Shown: positions 18,359 to 27,157 of the stretch, one piece after another
How positions within the stretch are numbered: the first letter of the stretch is position 1
Layout: each line of letters begins with the position of its first letter
Assembly (NCBI RefSeq): GCF_000017845.1
Contig: NC_010546.1
Location: 4,380,001-4,412,000, forward strand
Direction of reading: 5' to 3'
Source of the DNA: Crocosphaera subtropica ATCC 51142
GTDB lineage: Bacteria > Cyanobacteriota > Cyanobacteriia > Cyanobacteriales > Microcystaceae
Length of the DNA stretch: 32,000 nt
Position numbers and translations under genes: made by a program
Notes under the pieces: model-generated
What the model saw: the letters and a program-made list of their open reading frames with translations, nothing else
What the model was told of the DNA's origin: nothing
Databases searched by the model: none

Positions 18359-19234
18359 TTAGGTTTTAAATATCTTTGGCCATAATGTTTCTAAAGCAGT
18401 GCCAGCCGTCCGAATTTTAAATTTTTCTGTTAATCTTTGTTGCTGTTTAAGTGAAAAGTAATCTTTCCAGGAACCGACTTTTCCTTTACGAACAAAAGGA
18501 GGCATATTTTTAGGCCGTTTACTAGACCAACGTTGCTGATCTTTTTTCATGCTTTTCAATGAACTATTCACAATAATCTTGTTAATAATTTCCTCATTTT
18601 CGATACAGTTTAAGTAATCACCTCCTAGAAAATTAGCTATTTTTATAATAATTGGTCTAAGGTCAGCTTTCATATTTTCATAGGTTAAAAATAAAACATT
18701 TTCCTCATCTCTATATTCATACCAAGGAAGTAAATGATCAAAATAGTCTCCAAAATCAACTTCTCCCCGTATAAAGCATTCAAAAAAATCATCAAAGGTT
18801 CCATCGGCAAAATTATAATGTTGAATAAAACCCCTAGTATGATGATAAAATGAAACCACACAATCAAAAGGATTTCTCGCAACATAAATATACTTAGCTG
18901 CTGGATGATAAGGGGTTAACTGACGGGGAAAATGGGTTTTAATAACCCTTGGTTGACGTAACTTTTCTATGGTTTCTTTTCCTATTTCTTCTAAATGGGG
19001 GATATAATCTTCTAGTTTTTCTGATGGAGATAAAGGTTCTCCTTGATGTTGCATCAACCAAAGAATATATTGTGTCCAAGTTGTACCACATTTAGGATAG
19101 GTTACGAGAAAAACATCTGAAGGTTGCGCTTGATATCGTAGTGCAGATATAAACCCTTCAATGGGAAATCCTATCGGCATCAAAAATCCATCATGATCGT
19201 AATAACTCGGTTTTTTTCTATTCATTGATCTCAA
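18359..19234 (-). CDS. PAPS-dependent sulfotransferase, eukaryote-type cytosolic SULT fold (Sulfotransfer_1)
   Basis: 291-aa ORF. 5'-PSB loop YPKCGTTW, KTHFP, 3'-PB motif YVARNPFDCVVSFYHH, FLTYENMKADL and RKGKVGSWKDYFS. Confidence 0.85.
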   Translation of the reverse strand: MRSMNRKKPSYYDHDGFLMPIGFPIEGFISALRYQAQPSDVFLVTYPKCGTTWTQYILWLMQHQGEPLSPSEKLEDYIPHLEEIGKETIEKLRQPRVIKTHFPRQLTPYHPAAKYIYVARNPFDCVVSFYHHTRGFIQHYNFADGTFDDFFECFIRGEVDFGDYFDHLLPWYEYRDEENVLFLTYENMKADLRPIIIKIANFLGGDYLNCIENEEIINKIIVNSSLKSMKKDQQRWSSKRPKNMPPFVRKGKVGSWKDYFSLKQQQRLTEKFKIRTAGTALETLWPKIFKT

Positions 19235-19240
19235 TTTTAC

Positions 19241-19786
19241 TTACTTTCCTAAGAGGGTATCAACTGAAAAATTAATTTGAGGAGAAGATAAAGGGGAAAT
19301 AAATCCAGTTTGATAATCTTGCTTGATTTGATAATCGTTATCTTTAGGGTTTTGGAAGACTTTTAGGGTTTTTAAAGTGAGAGCAATGACCCAGTATTCT
19401 TGAATATGAGCATTAGCATAAATTGTTTTTTTTATTCCTAAATCTTTGCTTAAGGTACTATCAGCAATTTCAATTAACCAATAAATATCTTCAGGGTAAG
19501 GATGGTGATCAAAATATAATGAGGAAGGAGCGCAAACGACAGCAATATCTGGCTCAGGTTCTGAGTCGATTAAAGTAATAGGATGAGCTTCGCTGATGAT
19601 AGCTTGTTTCCCTAAAAGAGAGCGTAAATACTCGGCGATCCTAAGATTAATATAGTGATGTAATGGACCTTCTGGACTCATTTGTAGTATTTCTCCTGCA
19701 ATTAACTCAACGGGTCGATTATCGAGAATTCCAGCTTCAATCATTTTGTGATAATCTTCTACTGACCATTTAGCAAGACTGTACAT
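19241..19786 (-). CDS. Uma2 (DUF820) family restriction-endonuclease-fold protein
   Basis: 181-aa ORF with VELIAGEILQMSPEGPLH, EPEPDIAVV, LIEIADSTLSKDLGIKKTIYA and EYWVIAL. Its stop lies 6 nt before the sulfotransferase start. Confidence 0.85.
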   Translation of the reverse strand: MYSLAKWSVEDYHKMIEAGILDNRPVELIAGEILQMSPEGPLHHYINLRIAEYLRSLLGKQAIISEAHPITLIDSEPEPDIAVVCAPSSLYFDHHPYPEDIYWLIEIADSTLSKDLGIKKTIYANAHIQEYWVIALTLKTLKVFQNPKDNDYQIKQDYQTGFISPLSSPQINFSVDTLLGK

Positions 19787-19948
19787 AACTGTTATTAATT
19801 CCTATCAAATAGTAGTCAATTTAATCTTTATTTCGATCATCTTAGCATATCTCTCTAAAGTAAGAAAAAAAGCGTGAAATTAAGCTAAAAAACTAAACTG
19901 TACCCATAGTTTGCTAAACTATTAACAAAGAGCATTAAAAGAGTAAGT

Positions 19949-20755
19949 ATGATTATGGCAAATCAAGAACATTTAGCCCTTTTAGAAAAAGAAAAAAACT
20001 GGATAAGCTGGCGTAAAAATAACCCTCAAATCAGTCCAGATTTGCAAGAGATTGATTTAACAGGAAAAAATCTTAAACAAGCTCATTTATGTGAAGTTAA
20101 CCTGAGTCAAGCTAATTTAGAAAACGTAAATTTGAGCCAAGCAAACTTAGAAAAAGCCGATTTAACCCAAGCCAATTTGAGAGCAGCTAATCTCAGTTAT
20201 GCCTACCTAGAACGAGCCAACCTAATTGGGGCAAATTTACGACAAGCTAACTTAATCCAAGCTCATTTATCTGAGGCTAATTTAATCGGAACGTCCCTAA
20301 GAAATAGTCAGATTCAAGCAGCAAATTTTAGTCGCAGCCAACTCAATCGTACCAATTTAAGCGAAGCTTATGGACGAAATACTAACTTTTGTGAAGCGGA
20401 TCTTTCCCAAGCAAGCTTATACGAAGTTGAACTACAGGGAGCTTATTTTTACCGAGCTAATTTATTTCAAGCTCAAATGATTCAAGGGCATTTATATCAT
20501 AGTTATTTATATGACGCTAACCTACAAGAAATTAAAGGCGATCGCCTCGATTTAAGATGGAGTAATTTAAGTAAAGCAAATCTACAAGGAGCCAGTTTAC
20601 AAGGAGCAAACTTAAGTTATGCTAATCTGAGCTATGGGAACCTAGAAGGAGCCAACTTACAAGGGGCAAACTTGAGAGGAGCCAATTTAATCGGAACGAA
20701 TCTAGAACAGACTAACTTAAGTGAGGCCAACTTAACAGACACCATCACTGCTTAA
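19949..20755 (+). CDS. Pentapeptide-repeat protein
   Basis: 268-aa ORF, almost entirely A(D/N)LxX pentapeptides (ANLSQANLENVNLSQANLEKADLTQANLRAANL...). A 15-nt periodicity is visible in the DNA. Confidence 0.9.
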   Translation: MIMANQEHLALLEKEKNWISWRKNNPQISPDLQEIDLTGKNLKQAHLCEVNLSQANLENVNLSQANLEKADLTQANLRAANLSYAYLERANLIGANLRQANLIQAHLSEANLIGTSLRNSQIQAANFSRSQLNRTNLSEAYGRNTNFCEADLSQASLYEVELQGAYFYRANLFQAQMIQGHLYHSYLYDANLQEIKGDRLDLRWSNLSKANLQGASLQGANLSYANLSYGNLEGANLQGANLRGANLIGTNLEQTNLSEANLTDTITA

Positions 20756-20840
20756 TAATTTGTTAAATATGAGGGAAAAAAATCGCAGTATTCTAATATT
20801 TATAGACAGCTAATCACGGTTAATAATTGAGTTTCAATTC

Positions 20841-21695
20841 ATGCTGGAAAAAATCTTATACGCTGACTCAGGAACTGGAACCACCCAAGAAATGCTTAAA
20901 GTTTTGATGGATCTTCCGGCCATTAAAAAAGCATCCCTAAATATCCTCCATGTCGTTCCTCCCCAAATTACCACCGATGAGATCGCAACTAAATGGGAAG
21001 AAGGGGGTAAATTAATTGCAGGTATCCTTGATAACCTTAAACTTGATCCCACCCATGTCTCTACCATGCTACGTCAAGGCGATCCTAAAGACACGGTGTG
21101 TCAGGTAGCCGATGAGATCAACGCAGATTTAATCATTATGGGATCACGGGGACTTAAACGCCTCGAAGCCATTTTAGAAAAATCGGTCAGTCAATACGTC
21201 TTTCAACTGACTAACCACCCTATGTTGTTAGTTAAGGATGATGTTTACGTCAAAAAGATTAAACGGGTCATGGTTGCCCTCGATAAGTCTCCTGCAGCCC
21301 AATATGCCCTAGACTTAGCCTTGTATTTATTACGAGACTATTCAGAAGCCGAATTAGTTCTAGCACGGGTGAACCCTGACATTAAACCAGAACTGCTACC
21401 CCTATCCAAAGCAGAGATGGAGAATAACCCCATTGTGGCAGAAGCAGCCACTAAAGTGAAGCGCATGGGAGTTCCCTATCGTTGTGCCGTAACCGGGGGT
21501 CGTCCTGGGGAACAACTATGTCAGTTAGCAGAGGACTACAATATCGACTTATTGTTATTGGGATCACCCGATCGCCGTCCCTCTGTGGCCAAAGCGTTAC
21601 CGGATCTTGATCGACTGTTAGGAACCTCCTTATCGGATTATGTCAGGGTTAATGCCAATTGTCCCATTCTCTTGGCCCGCAAAGAAGGAATCTAA
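20841..21695 (+). CDS. Tandem universal stress protein (two UspA domains)
   Basis: 284-aa ORF. Each half ends with a Usp ATP-binding-type motif (DLIIMGSRGLKRL; DLLLLGSPDRRP) and a hydrophobic C-strand (PMLLVK; PILLAR). Confidence 0.85.
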   Translation: MLEKILYADSGTGTTQEMLKVLMDLPAIKKASLNILHVVPPQITTDEIATKWEEGGKLIAGILDNLKLDPTHVSTMLRQGDPKDTVCQVADEINADLIIMGSRGLKRLEAILEKSVSQYVFQLTNHPMLLVKDDVYVKKIKRVMVALDKSPAAQYALDLALYLLRDYSEAELVLARVNPDIKPELLPLSKAEMENNPIVAEAATKVKRMGVPYRCAVTGGRPGEQLCQLAEDYNIDLLLLGSPDRRPSVAKALPDLDRLLGTSLSDYVRVNANCPILLARKEGI

Positions 21696-21796
21696 AGGGA
21701 AAGAAACTTAAATCTTTGTAACAAGATGTTTCACAAACGGTCAATGATGATGCAAAGTAATGGTTAAATCTGTCATATTCTAGGAGATTACTGTCC

Positions 21797-21889
21797 ATGT
21801 TATCTGATACCCAAGTGTTAGTTGCGTTAGTTATTGCCTTAGTTCCTGGGATTCTTGCTTTTCGCTTAGCCACGGAACTTTATAAGTAA
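21797..21889 (+). CDS. psaM: Photosystem I reaction centre subunit XII (PsaM)
   Basis: Own translation: MLSDTQVLVALVIALVPGILAFRLATELYK. It closely matches cyanobacterial PsaM as I recall it (e.g. ...SDTQ...ALV.AL.P..LAFRLSTELYK). AGGAG lies 10 nt upstream. It is too short for the ORF track. Confidence 0.8.
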   Translation: MLSDTQVLVALVIALVPGILAFRLATELYK

Positions 21890-21922
21890 CTGTTTCGTTT
21901 AATAAAACAGATACCGATTCAT

Positions 21923-21958
21923 CCCGACAGAAACAATGATTTAATGTTTTTGTTTGGG
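21923..21958 (+). terminator. 13-bp bulged hairpin downstream of psaM (no U-tract)
   Basis: cccgacagaaaca (21923..21935) pairs with tgtttttgtttggg (21945..21958), with one bulge and two G-U pairs, across a 9-nt loop. No T-run follows, so a role as an intrinsic terminator is uncertain. Confidence 0.25.
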
Positions 21959-21996
21959 GTGAATGGTCTATTGTAGATGAGTTATCTGTTGAACCT

Positions 21997-22338
21997 ATGT
22001 CCATGTCTAGACAACGTCGTTCTTCTCGTCGTCAAACCATTACCACGACTCACCCAGAACATCAATGGGTAGCCACAGAAATTACCATTAAATTAGTCAT
22101 CAACGGCATTTTATCAGCCGTTGCACTGTTTAGCTTGTTTAAGTTAATTCCCTATCAATGGTCACAACAAGCACAGTTAAAAGAAATTAGAGTCGAAATC
22201 GAAGAAACAGAAAAACGAGTGTCTCAGTTAAGAAATGATTTTCGTCATAATTTTGATCCCTACAAAATTGATAAAGTGATGGAAGAACAAAGTCCCCGTT
22301 TACAACCCACACAAAGGCGTATTTTTTGGTTGAATTAG
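21997..22338 (+). CDS. Small membrane protein, FtsB/DivIC-like (septum formation initiator family, tentative)
   Basis: 113-aa ORF with a basic N-terminus, one TM (LVINGILSAVALFSLFKLI) and a coiled coil (LKEIRVEIEETEKRVSQLRN). The following DP...(E)Q...P motif resembles the DivIC/FtsB C-terminus. Confidence 0.5.
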   Translation: MSMSRQRRSSRRQTITTTHPEHQWVATEITIKLVINGILSAVALFSLFKLIPYQWSQQAQLKEIRVEIEETEKRVSQLRNDFRHNFDPYKIDKVMEEQSPRLQPTQRRIFWLN

Positions 22339-22584
22339 TTAGGTTTGGGAATAGGGAATATATAATTAGAAAACTATAGGATCATTGTAATTTTTAAAAG
22401 TTTTTGCAATGCAATCGGATATCAACAACATCATAGTTGTTTCTTTCATACACATTCAGGCACTAAACCCTAGAACAATTTCTCTTGACAAAGGGTTAAA
22501 TGAAACTGTAGGTTAATTTTTTGTTTTCTTGATACTGGCCCTGGTCTATCTTCTTCGGGTAATTCACAGACTTCTAGTGATTTT

Positions 22585-22809
22585 GTGGGACAACCTCTGT
22601 TGCTACAAGCGAATGAAATCTATGCCGTTACCGGCAACTTTCCAGGTGAAGCCAGTGCTTTAGCTTTTACGACTTGGACATTAGATGCACCAGCGACAGA
22701 ACCTGTTTCTGTACCAGAACCTTCAATTATTATTGGATTGGGGATGTTAACAACATTTGGTATCAGTACAGGCTTCAAACGTAAATTAAGTAAAGCTAAG
22801 AAGAAATAA
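22585..22809 (+). CDS. PEP-CTERM sorting-domain protein, probably a 5'-truncated fragment
   Basis: The C-terminus VPEPSIIIGLGMLTTFGISTGFKRKLSKAKKK has PEP, then a TM, then a basic tail. There is a GTG start only and no signal peptide. The frame stays open upstream to 22504 without an ATG. Confidence 0.5.
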   Translation: MGQPLLLQANEIYAVTGNFPGEASALAFTTWTLDAPATEPVSVPEPSIIIGLGMLTTFGISTGFKRKLSKAKKK

Positions 22810-22837
22810 AATTGAATTTCAAATTTGTATTTAATTT

Positions 22838-22867
22838 TCTCCTCGTTTATATGGGAGATTTTTTTTT
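22838..22867 (+). terminator. Weak hairpin followed by T9 (rho-independent terminator candidate)
   Basis: tctcc (22838..22842) / ggaga (22854..22858), followed by nine T (22859..22867), 29 nt after the PEP-CTERM ORF stop. Confidence 0.35.
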
Positions 22868-22886
22868 GTTGACTATAAAGTGAGAT

Positions 22887-23363
22887 TTAAAAACCTTCTT
22901 TTTTTTGTATATTTCTCACCTGTTCAATGTCTAACTCTAAAGCTTCGGCCACCTGTTCAACTGTTAAACCCAATGCTAACAAACGGGGAACAGTTTCTAA
23001 TGCTTTGTCAAGTCTTCCCTCCTCACGACCTTCCTGGCGACCTTCTACTTGACGGTTAGGATAAATAATTACCCCACGCCAATCATTAGTTAAATTAGTT
23101 TTACTCAGATATAAGAAGATTTCTGCAAAAAAGCGACCATAAAAGTTATCGTCTTTTTGAAACTGTACTTTACAGAAATAAATCGGTGTATTAAGATTAT
23201 TATTTTTTGGTAAGAATACTCCATCAATGCGAAAGGATAATTGTTTAATCTCTACCGAGTCAAAACAATAGCTGTTTGCTTCGGTTGCAGGAAATTGAAT
23301 CAACTCAAAGAAAATAGAGGGAAAAGATTGAAAGAGACGGTAAAAAATAGTATCTGTTTTCAT
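22887..23363 (-). CDS. DUF2887 / Rpn-family (PD-(D/E)XK putative transposase-nuclease) protein, short form
   Basis: 158-aa ORF with the family-typical N-terminus MKTDTIFYRLFQSFPSIFFELI, then SFRIDGVFLP, a (Q/E)EGR repeat and a helix-turn-helix-like tail GLTVEQVAEALELDIEQV. Confidence 0.7.
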   Translation of the reverse strand: MKTDTIFYRLFQSFPSIFFELIQFPATEANSYCFDSVEIKQLSFRIDGVFLPKNNNLNTPIYFCKVQFQKDDNFYGRFFAEIFLYLSKTNLTNDWRGVIIYPNRQVEGRQEGREEGRLDKALETVPRLLALGLTVEQVAEALELDIEQVRNIQKKEGF

Positions 23364-23424
23364 CCTTACTTAATCACTAAGATGACTTCTGCAAAAAGTC
23401 TTTTTTTCTCACGAAGATAAACCC

Positions 23425-24546
23425 TCACTGTTCATTCTCCTGAAGAAAATTAATCGTTTTCTCAATAGTTAATTGACGACTTTTTAAAATAGATTGAAAT
23501 AATTCCGTTGATAACGCTTGTTCAACAGGATGTACCCCTGGTTGAACCAGTTCCCCCTTAAGCAGCAACTCGACAATACTACCCGTTCCCATACCAGCAG
23601 CAACCGAGGCACTTTCATGGCTAAAGGTACTGATATAATGGGCTGCACCCTCAGATCCATAACCCTTAACATCGCAACGCATGGCAACTCCTGTTCCCGT
23701 AAAGCGATCGCTCACATCCGTCATCACATGACTCACCTGTGCCAAAAATTCCACCGTTTTCGGACTTTTCAGAACCTTCTCCGGCAAACCATGGGCCATC
23801 ATCCAAGTGGCATAATTATAAAAATCAGGTACTGATCCAAATTTTGTAATGACACTATCAACGGAAAACGTCTCTTGTAGGGTGGTGGTTTCTGGCATAT
23901 CGTACCAGTAAACATGAGCCTTTCCGTAGGGTTTACCAAAATCTAAACATTCTCGTCCTGTGTAGGGTTTAATGGTTTGCCAACGGTTATCGATCCATGC
24001 TTCAAACGGTTGTTGTATCCCGATAAACGTTGTCCGCATCACCGTAATACCAGCCCCACCGGAACCAGCCACAATATAACTTAACTTAATTTCATCGGCC
24101 TTGTCTAACGCTTCGACCCCTTGACGCACCATACTATTAGAAATACCAGGAAAAACCCCTGTATTGATAATAGCCGTCACCCCTGCGGTTTTCGCTGCTG
24201 AATGTTGTTCTAAAGCTTTATGGGTAAAACTGCGTTGATCACTCACATCAACATAATTAACCCCTTCCTCAATACAAATGCGTAACACATCAGCGTTTCG
24301 GTAATGAAACGGCCCTGCCGAATGAACCACCACATCAGCTTTAGACACCACTGTTTTAACCTGGTGTTGGTTAGATAAATCTAAAACTTGAAACTGGACC
24401 TTATCCTGAAAACGTTCTAAGGCTGCCATCCCCAGTTGGGGGTTACGTCCAGTAATAGTAACCTCAGCCTCAGTATGATTAATAATATCTTGGGCAATAC
24501 TACTGCCAATGCGTCCACAACCACCAATAATCAAAACTCGTTGCAT
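23425..24546 (-). CDS. Saccharopine dehydrogenase-like NAD(P)-binding oxidoreductase
   Basis: 373-aa ORF with Rossmann N-terminus RVLIIGGCGRIGSSIAQD and a saccharopine-dehydrogenase-like C-domain. Its start lies 39 nt after the upstream ketolase stop. Confidence 0.8.
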   Translation of the reverse strand: MQRVLIIGGCGRIGSSIAQDIINHTEAEVTITGRNPQLGMAALERFQDKVQFQVLDLSNQHQVKTVVSKADVVVHSAGPFHYRNADVLRICIEEGVNYVDVSDQRSFTHKALEQHSAAKTAGVTAIINTGVFPGISNSMVRQGVEALDKADEIKLSYIVAGSGGAGITVMRTTFIGIQQPFEAWIDNRWQTIKPYTGRECLDFGKPYGKAHVYWYDMPETTTLQETFSVDSVITKFGSVPDFYNYATWMMAHGLPEKVLKSPKTVEFLAQVSHVMTDVSDRFTGTGVAMRCDVKGYGSEGAAHYISTFSHESASVAAGMGTGSIVELLLKGELVQPGVHPVEQALSTELFQSILKSRQLTIEKTINFLQENEQ

Positions 24547-24585
24547 GATTTCTCATTGAGATCAACAAAAAAAGAGAAAATTTCT

Positions 24586-26268
24586 CTAAAAATTCGGTAT
24601 AATACCCGCAACGGATTGACCCAAGGCTTCCAAGGCTTTTGATAAGCCCTTTTGTGACTTCAAAAAGGTGCGAGCGCAGTTTCGGCCAGGCATTCCCGAA
24701 ATTGATCCCCCTGGGTGGGTTCCGGCACCGGTGAGAAATAAGCCCTTGATAGGGGTTTTATAATTAGCAATTTCTGGTAACGGGCGTAAAAATACCATTT
24801 GTTCTAGGGACATATCTACATGATAGTAGTTACCCCGATAAGCTCCTAATCTTTCCCCTAACTCCGCCGGACTTTCCACTCGACGGGCGATCACAGAATG
24901 CTTTAAATTAGGAGAATAATCGGCTAATTTTTCTAATACCCGATCCGCCACTTGATTTTTAAGAGTATCGGTCCAACCTGTCCCATTTAACCCAGTATTT
25001 TCGGCTCCAGCAATTTGATAAGGGGCAAAAAATTCGATCCATAAGGTATGTTTCCCTTCGGGTGCCATAGATGGATCTAACTGAGTGGGCATGACTACAT
25101 ACATCGAAGGATCTTGATCCGGAATACGACCCCTGGCTGCTTCATGGTGGGCCGTTTCTACCTGTTCAACGGAATCAGCAATTAAAATAGACCCGATTAA
25201 ATAATCATCTTGATGGTTATATTGTTCAAATTTTAGGGGTTCAGATAAAGCACAGTCAATTTTTAAGAGGCTTTCGTTATTGTTAATGATACGTTTATCG
25301 AGACGGTGACGCAATTTCGGATCAGCACTATCAATATCAGCCGGATCGACTAAATTTAAAAATAAGCGTTTGGCATCAATATTAGAAATAACTCCATGTT
25401 TTGCCCGATATTCTTTACCATTAGCAATTCTCACACCCACTGCTTTACCATTGTCTACTAGAACTTTTTCTACGGTTTGCTCAGTTAAAACTACACCTTT
25501 GTAATGGCGGACACATTTGACTAAAGCATCAACTAAAGCCCCTGTACCGCCTCTCGGACGAGCCATACCAGGGTTATGCCGTAAGCTCATCATCATCGCA
25601 CCAATGGCGAGACTTTTTTGAGACGGGGCCATCCCTAATTCAGCAGAGAGACGAGCTAGAGGGGCTTTTAACCAAGGTTCAGTTAACCATTCATCGAGAA
25701 GATCCTCAGCACTGGTGAGCATGGTACGAACAAAATCTAAGGCTTTATTGGGACTTCCCACCACGTTTAACACATCTTTAAGGGCATTAATGTTATAACC
25801 ACCAGCAATATCAATAATGGACTTGGGTGGTGCATTGAACATAGGAATCAGAGCATTAACAATCTGTTGCCAATAGTCAATAAATTCTCGGTATCGTTGC
25901 GCCTCTTGAGGATTATATTGAGCAATATTAGCGCAAGTTTGCTCAACGGAACGATGGCCTAAAAAGTATTTTCCGTCAGGATGAGGACAAAAAACGACGG
26001 GATCACAATAGAGATATTCTAATCCAAACCGATTAAGTTCTAATTCTTTGATAACAGGACTTAAATGAATAAATTCGTGATCGATCGCACAGAGATTAAA
26101 CTTAAACCCTGGAGCTTCTTTTGGCATGGCCTCTTCCGTTGTGGCCGCTCCTCCTGGTACGGCCCGCTTTTCAAGTACCAATACCTGATAACCTGCTTTC
26201 AGCAGATACGCTGCACAGACTAAGCCATTATGACCCGCACCAATTATGATGACATCAAAAGTTTCCAT
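24586..26268 (-). CDS. crtO: CrtI-family FAD oxidoreductase, CrtO-type beta-carotene ketolase
   Basis: 560-aa ORF. FDVIIIGAGHNGLVCAAYLLKAGYQVLVLEKRAVPGGAATTEE, and long stretches to the C-terminus (LTGAGTHPGGSISGMPGRNCAR), match Synechocystis CrtO (slr0088) as I recall it. Confidence 0.7.
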   Translation of the reverse strand: METFDVIIIGAGHNGLVCAAYLLKAGYQVLVLEKRAVPGGAATTEEAMPKEAPGFKFNLCAIDHEFIHLSPVIKELELNRFGLEYLYCDPVVFCPHPDGKYFLGHRSVEQTCANIAQYNPQEAQRYREFIDYWQQIVNALIPMFNAPPKSIIDIAGGYNINALKDVLNVVGSPNKALDFVRTMLTSAEDLLDEWLTEPWLKAPLARLSAELGMAPSQKSLAIGAMMMSLRHNPGMARPRGGTGALVDALVKCVRHYKGVVLTEQTVEKVLVDNGKAVGVRIANGKEYRAKHGVISNIDAKRLFLNLVDPADIDSADPKLRHRLDKRIINNNESLLKIDCALSEPLKFEQYNHQDDYLIGSILIADSVEQVETAHHEAARGRIPDQDPSMYVVMPTQLDPSMAPEGKHTLWIEFFAPYQIAGAENTGLNGTGWTDTLKNQVADRVLEKLADYSPNLKHSVIARRVESPAELGERLGAYRGNYYHVDMSLEQMVFLRPLPEIANYKTPIKGLFLTGAGTHPGGSISGMPGRNCARTFLKSQKGLSKALEALGQSVAGIIPNF

Positions 26269-26398
26269 GAGTTTAATTATTTATCTTGGCTTTAATCTTA
26301 ACAAGCTTTTATCCGTTATCGGTCACTGCTCACTGTTCAGTGATAATTATTAAAAAGGGAAGCTTTAAACCTGAATTATTTAATTATTAATTATTTCG

Positions 26399-27121
26399 TT
26401 ACTTATTGTTGTTAGCAGAATTGTCTGAAGCAGAATGATTTTGAGACTGATTAAAGGCCTGGCGATCGGGAAACAACGTACATAATAGTTGATTAATATA
26501 AACTTGACCCACCACAGGGGCATTGTTATTATCAGCAGGGGCATTGGGTTTTGTGGGAATTTCAGGAATTTCCGTCACTTCTTCTATTTCGGGTTCTGGG
26601 TCTGCCCATAAATCTTCCATTTCTTGGACAAATTCAGGTTTATTCGAGCTATTTTTATTAGTTTGAGACTCTTTATTCTGAGTATTGGCAGTTAAATGAC
26701 GATCATCCGAAAAACCATTATTATCTTCTTTTATGCCTTGTGAAGACGCACTTTCTTTTTCTGGGAATTGACGAGAGGTATCACCGACTAATGAGCCAGC
26801 TTCGATGGTGGTTCCCGACTTAATAGAAGTATTAATAACCGTTGTACAAGAACCCAGACAAACATTTTGACCAATTGTCCCTTGACCCACAATCAAAACC
26901 CCCGCTCCCAACATGGCACCGGATTTTATTTCTATATCTCCTTGATAGGCATTAATAAGGGTTCCCATTCCAATACAGGCCCCTTGGTGTATGACGATAC
27001 GACAATCCGGCGCAGCTTGTAAAATCGTTCCAGGTGCGACCACCGCACCCTCATGGATAATAACCTCACCAATAATCGAAACTTCTGAGCGACTGGGTGG
27101 CTGAATAAGGGGTAAAGGCAT
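26399..27121 (-). CDS. ccmN: Carboxysome assembly protein CcmN
   Basis: 240-aa ORF immediately after ccmM. It has an N-terminal left-handed beta-helix (hexapeptide repeats), an acidic Pro/Glu linker, and an encapsulation-peptide-like helix VYINQLLCTLFPDR. Confidence 0.85.
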   Translation of the reverse strand: MPLPLIQPPSRSEVSIIGEVIIHEGAVVAPGTILQAAPDCRIVIHQGACIGMGTLINAYQGDIEIKSGAMLGAGVLIVGQGTIGQNVCLGSCTTVINTSIKSGTTIEAGSLVGDTSRQFPEKESASSQGIKEDNNGFSDDRHLTANTQNKESQTNKNSSNKPEFVQEMEDLWADPEPEIEEVTEIPEIPTKPNAPADNNNAPVVGQVYINQLLCTLFPDRQAFNQSQNHSASDNSANNNK

Positions 27122-27157
27122 CAGATTATATTAAATAGCTTATGACATGAGAAGGGA

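Noticed and set aside
21649-21873. A 74-aa minus-strand ORF (GTG start) spanning the USP 3' end and the psaM region.
   Set aside because: It overlaps the unmistakable plus-strand psaM and the USP stop region, and it has no family resemblance.
23384-23407. A plus-strand hairpin gactt/aagtc followed by T7, just upstream of the Rpn-like gene start.
   Set aside because: The stem is only 5 bp with 2 GC pairs. Its orientation is opposite to the flanking genes, so it is probably fortuitous in AT-rich spacer.
23484-24642. ORFs inside the saccharopine-dehydrogenase-like gene or overlapping the end of crtO (23484..23687 on the minus strand in another frame; 23518..23835 and 24436..24642 on the plus strand).
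   Set aside because: These are shadow ORFs within well-supported coding frames.
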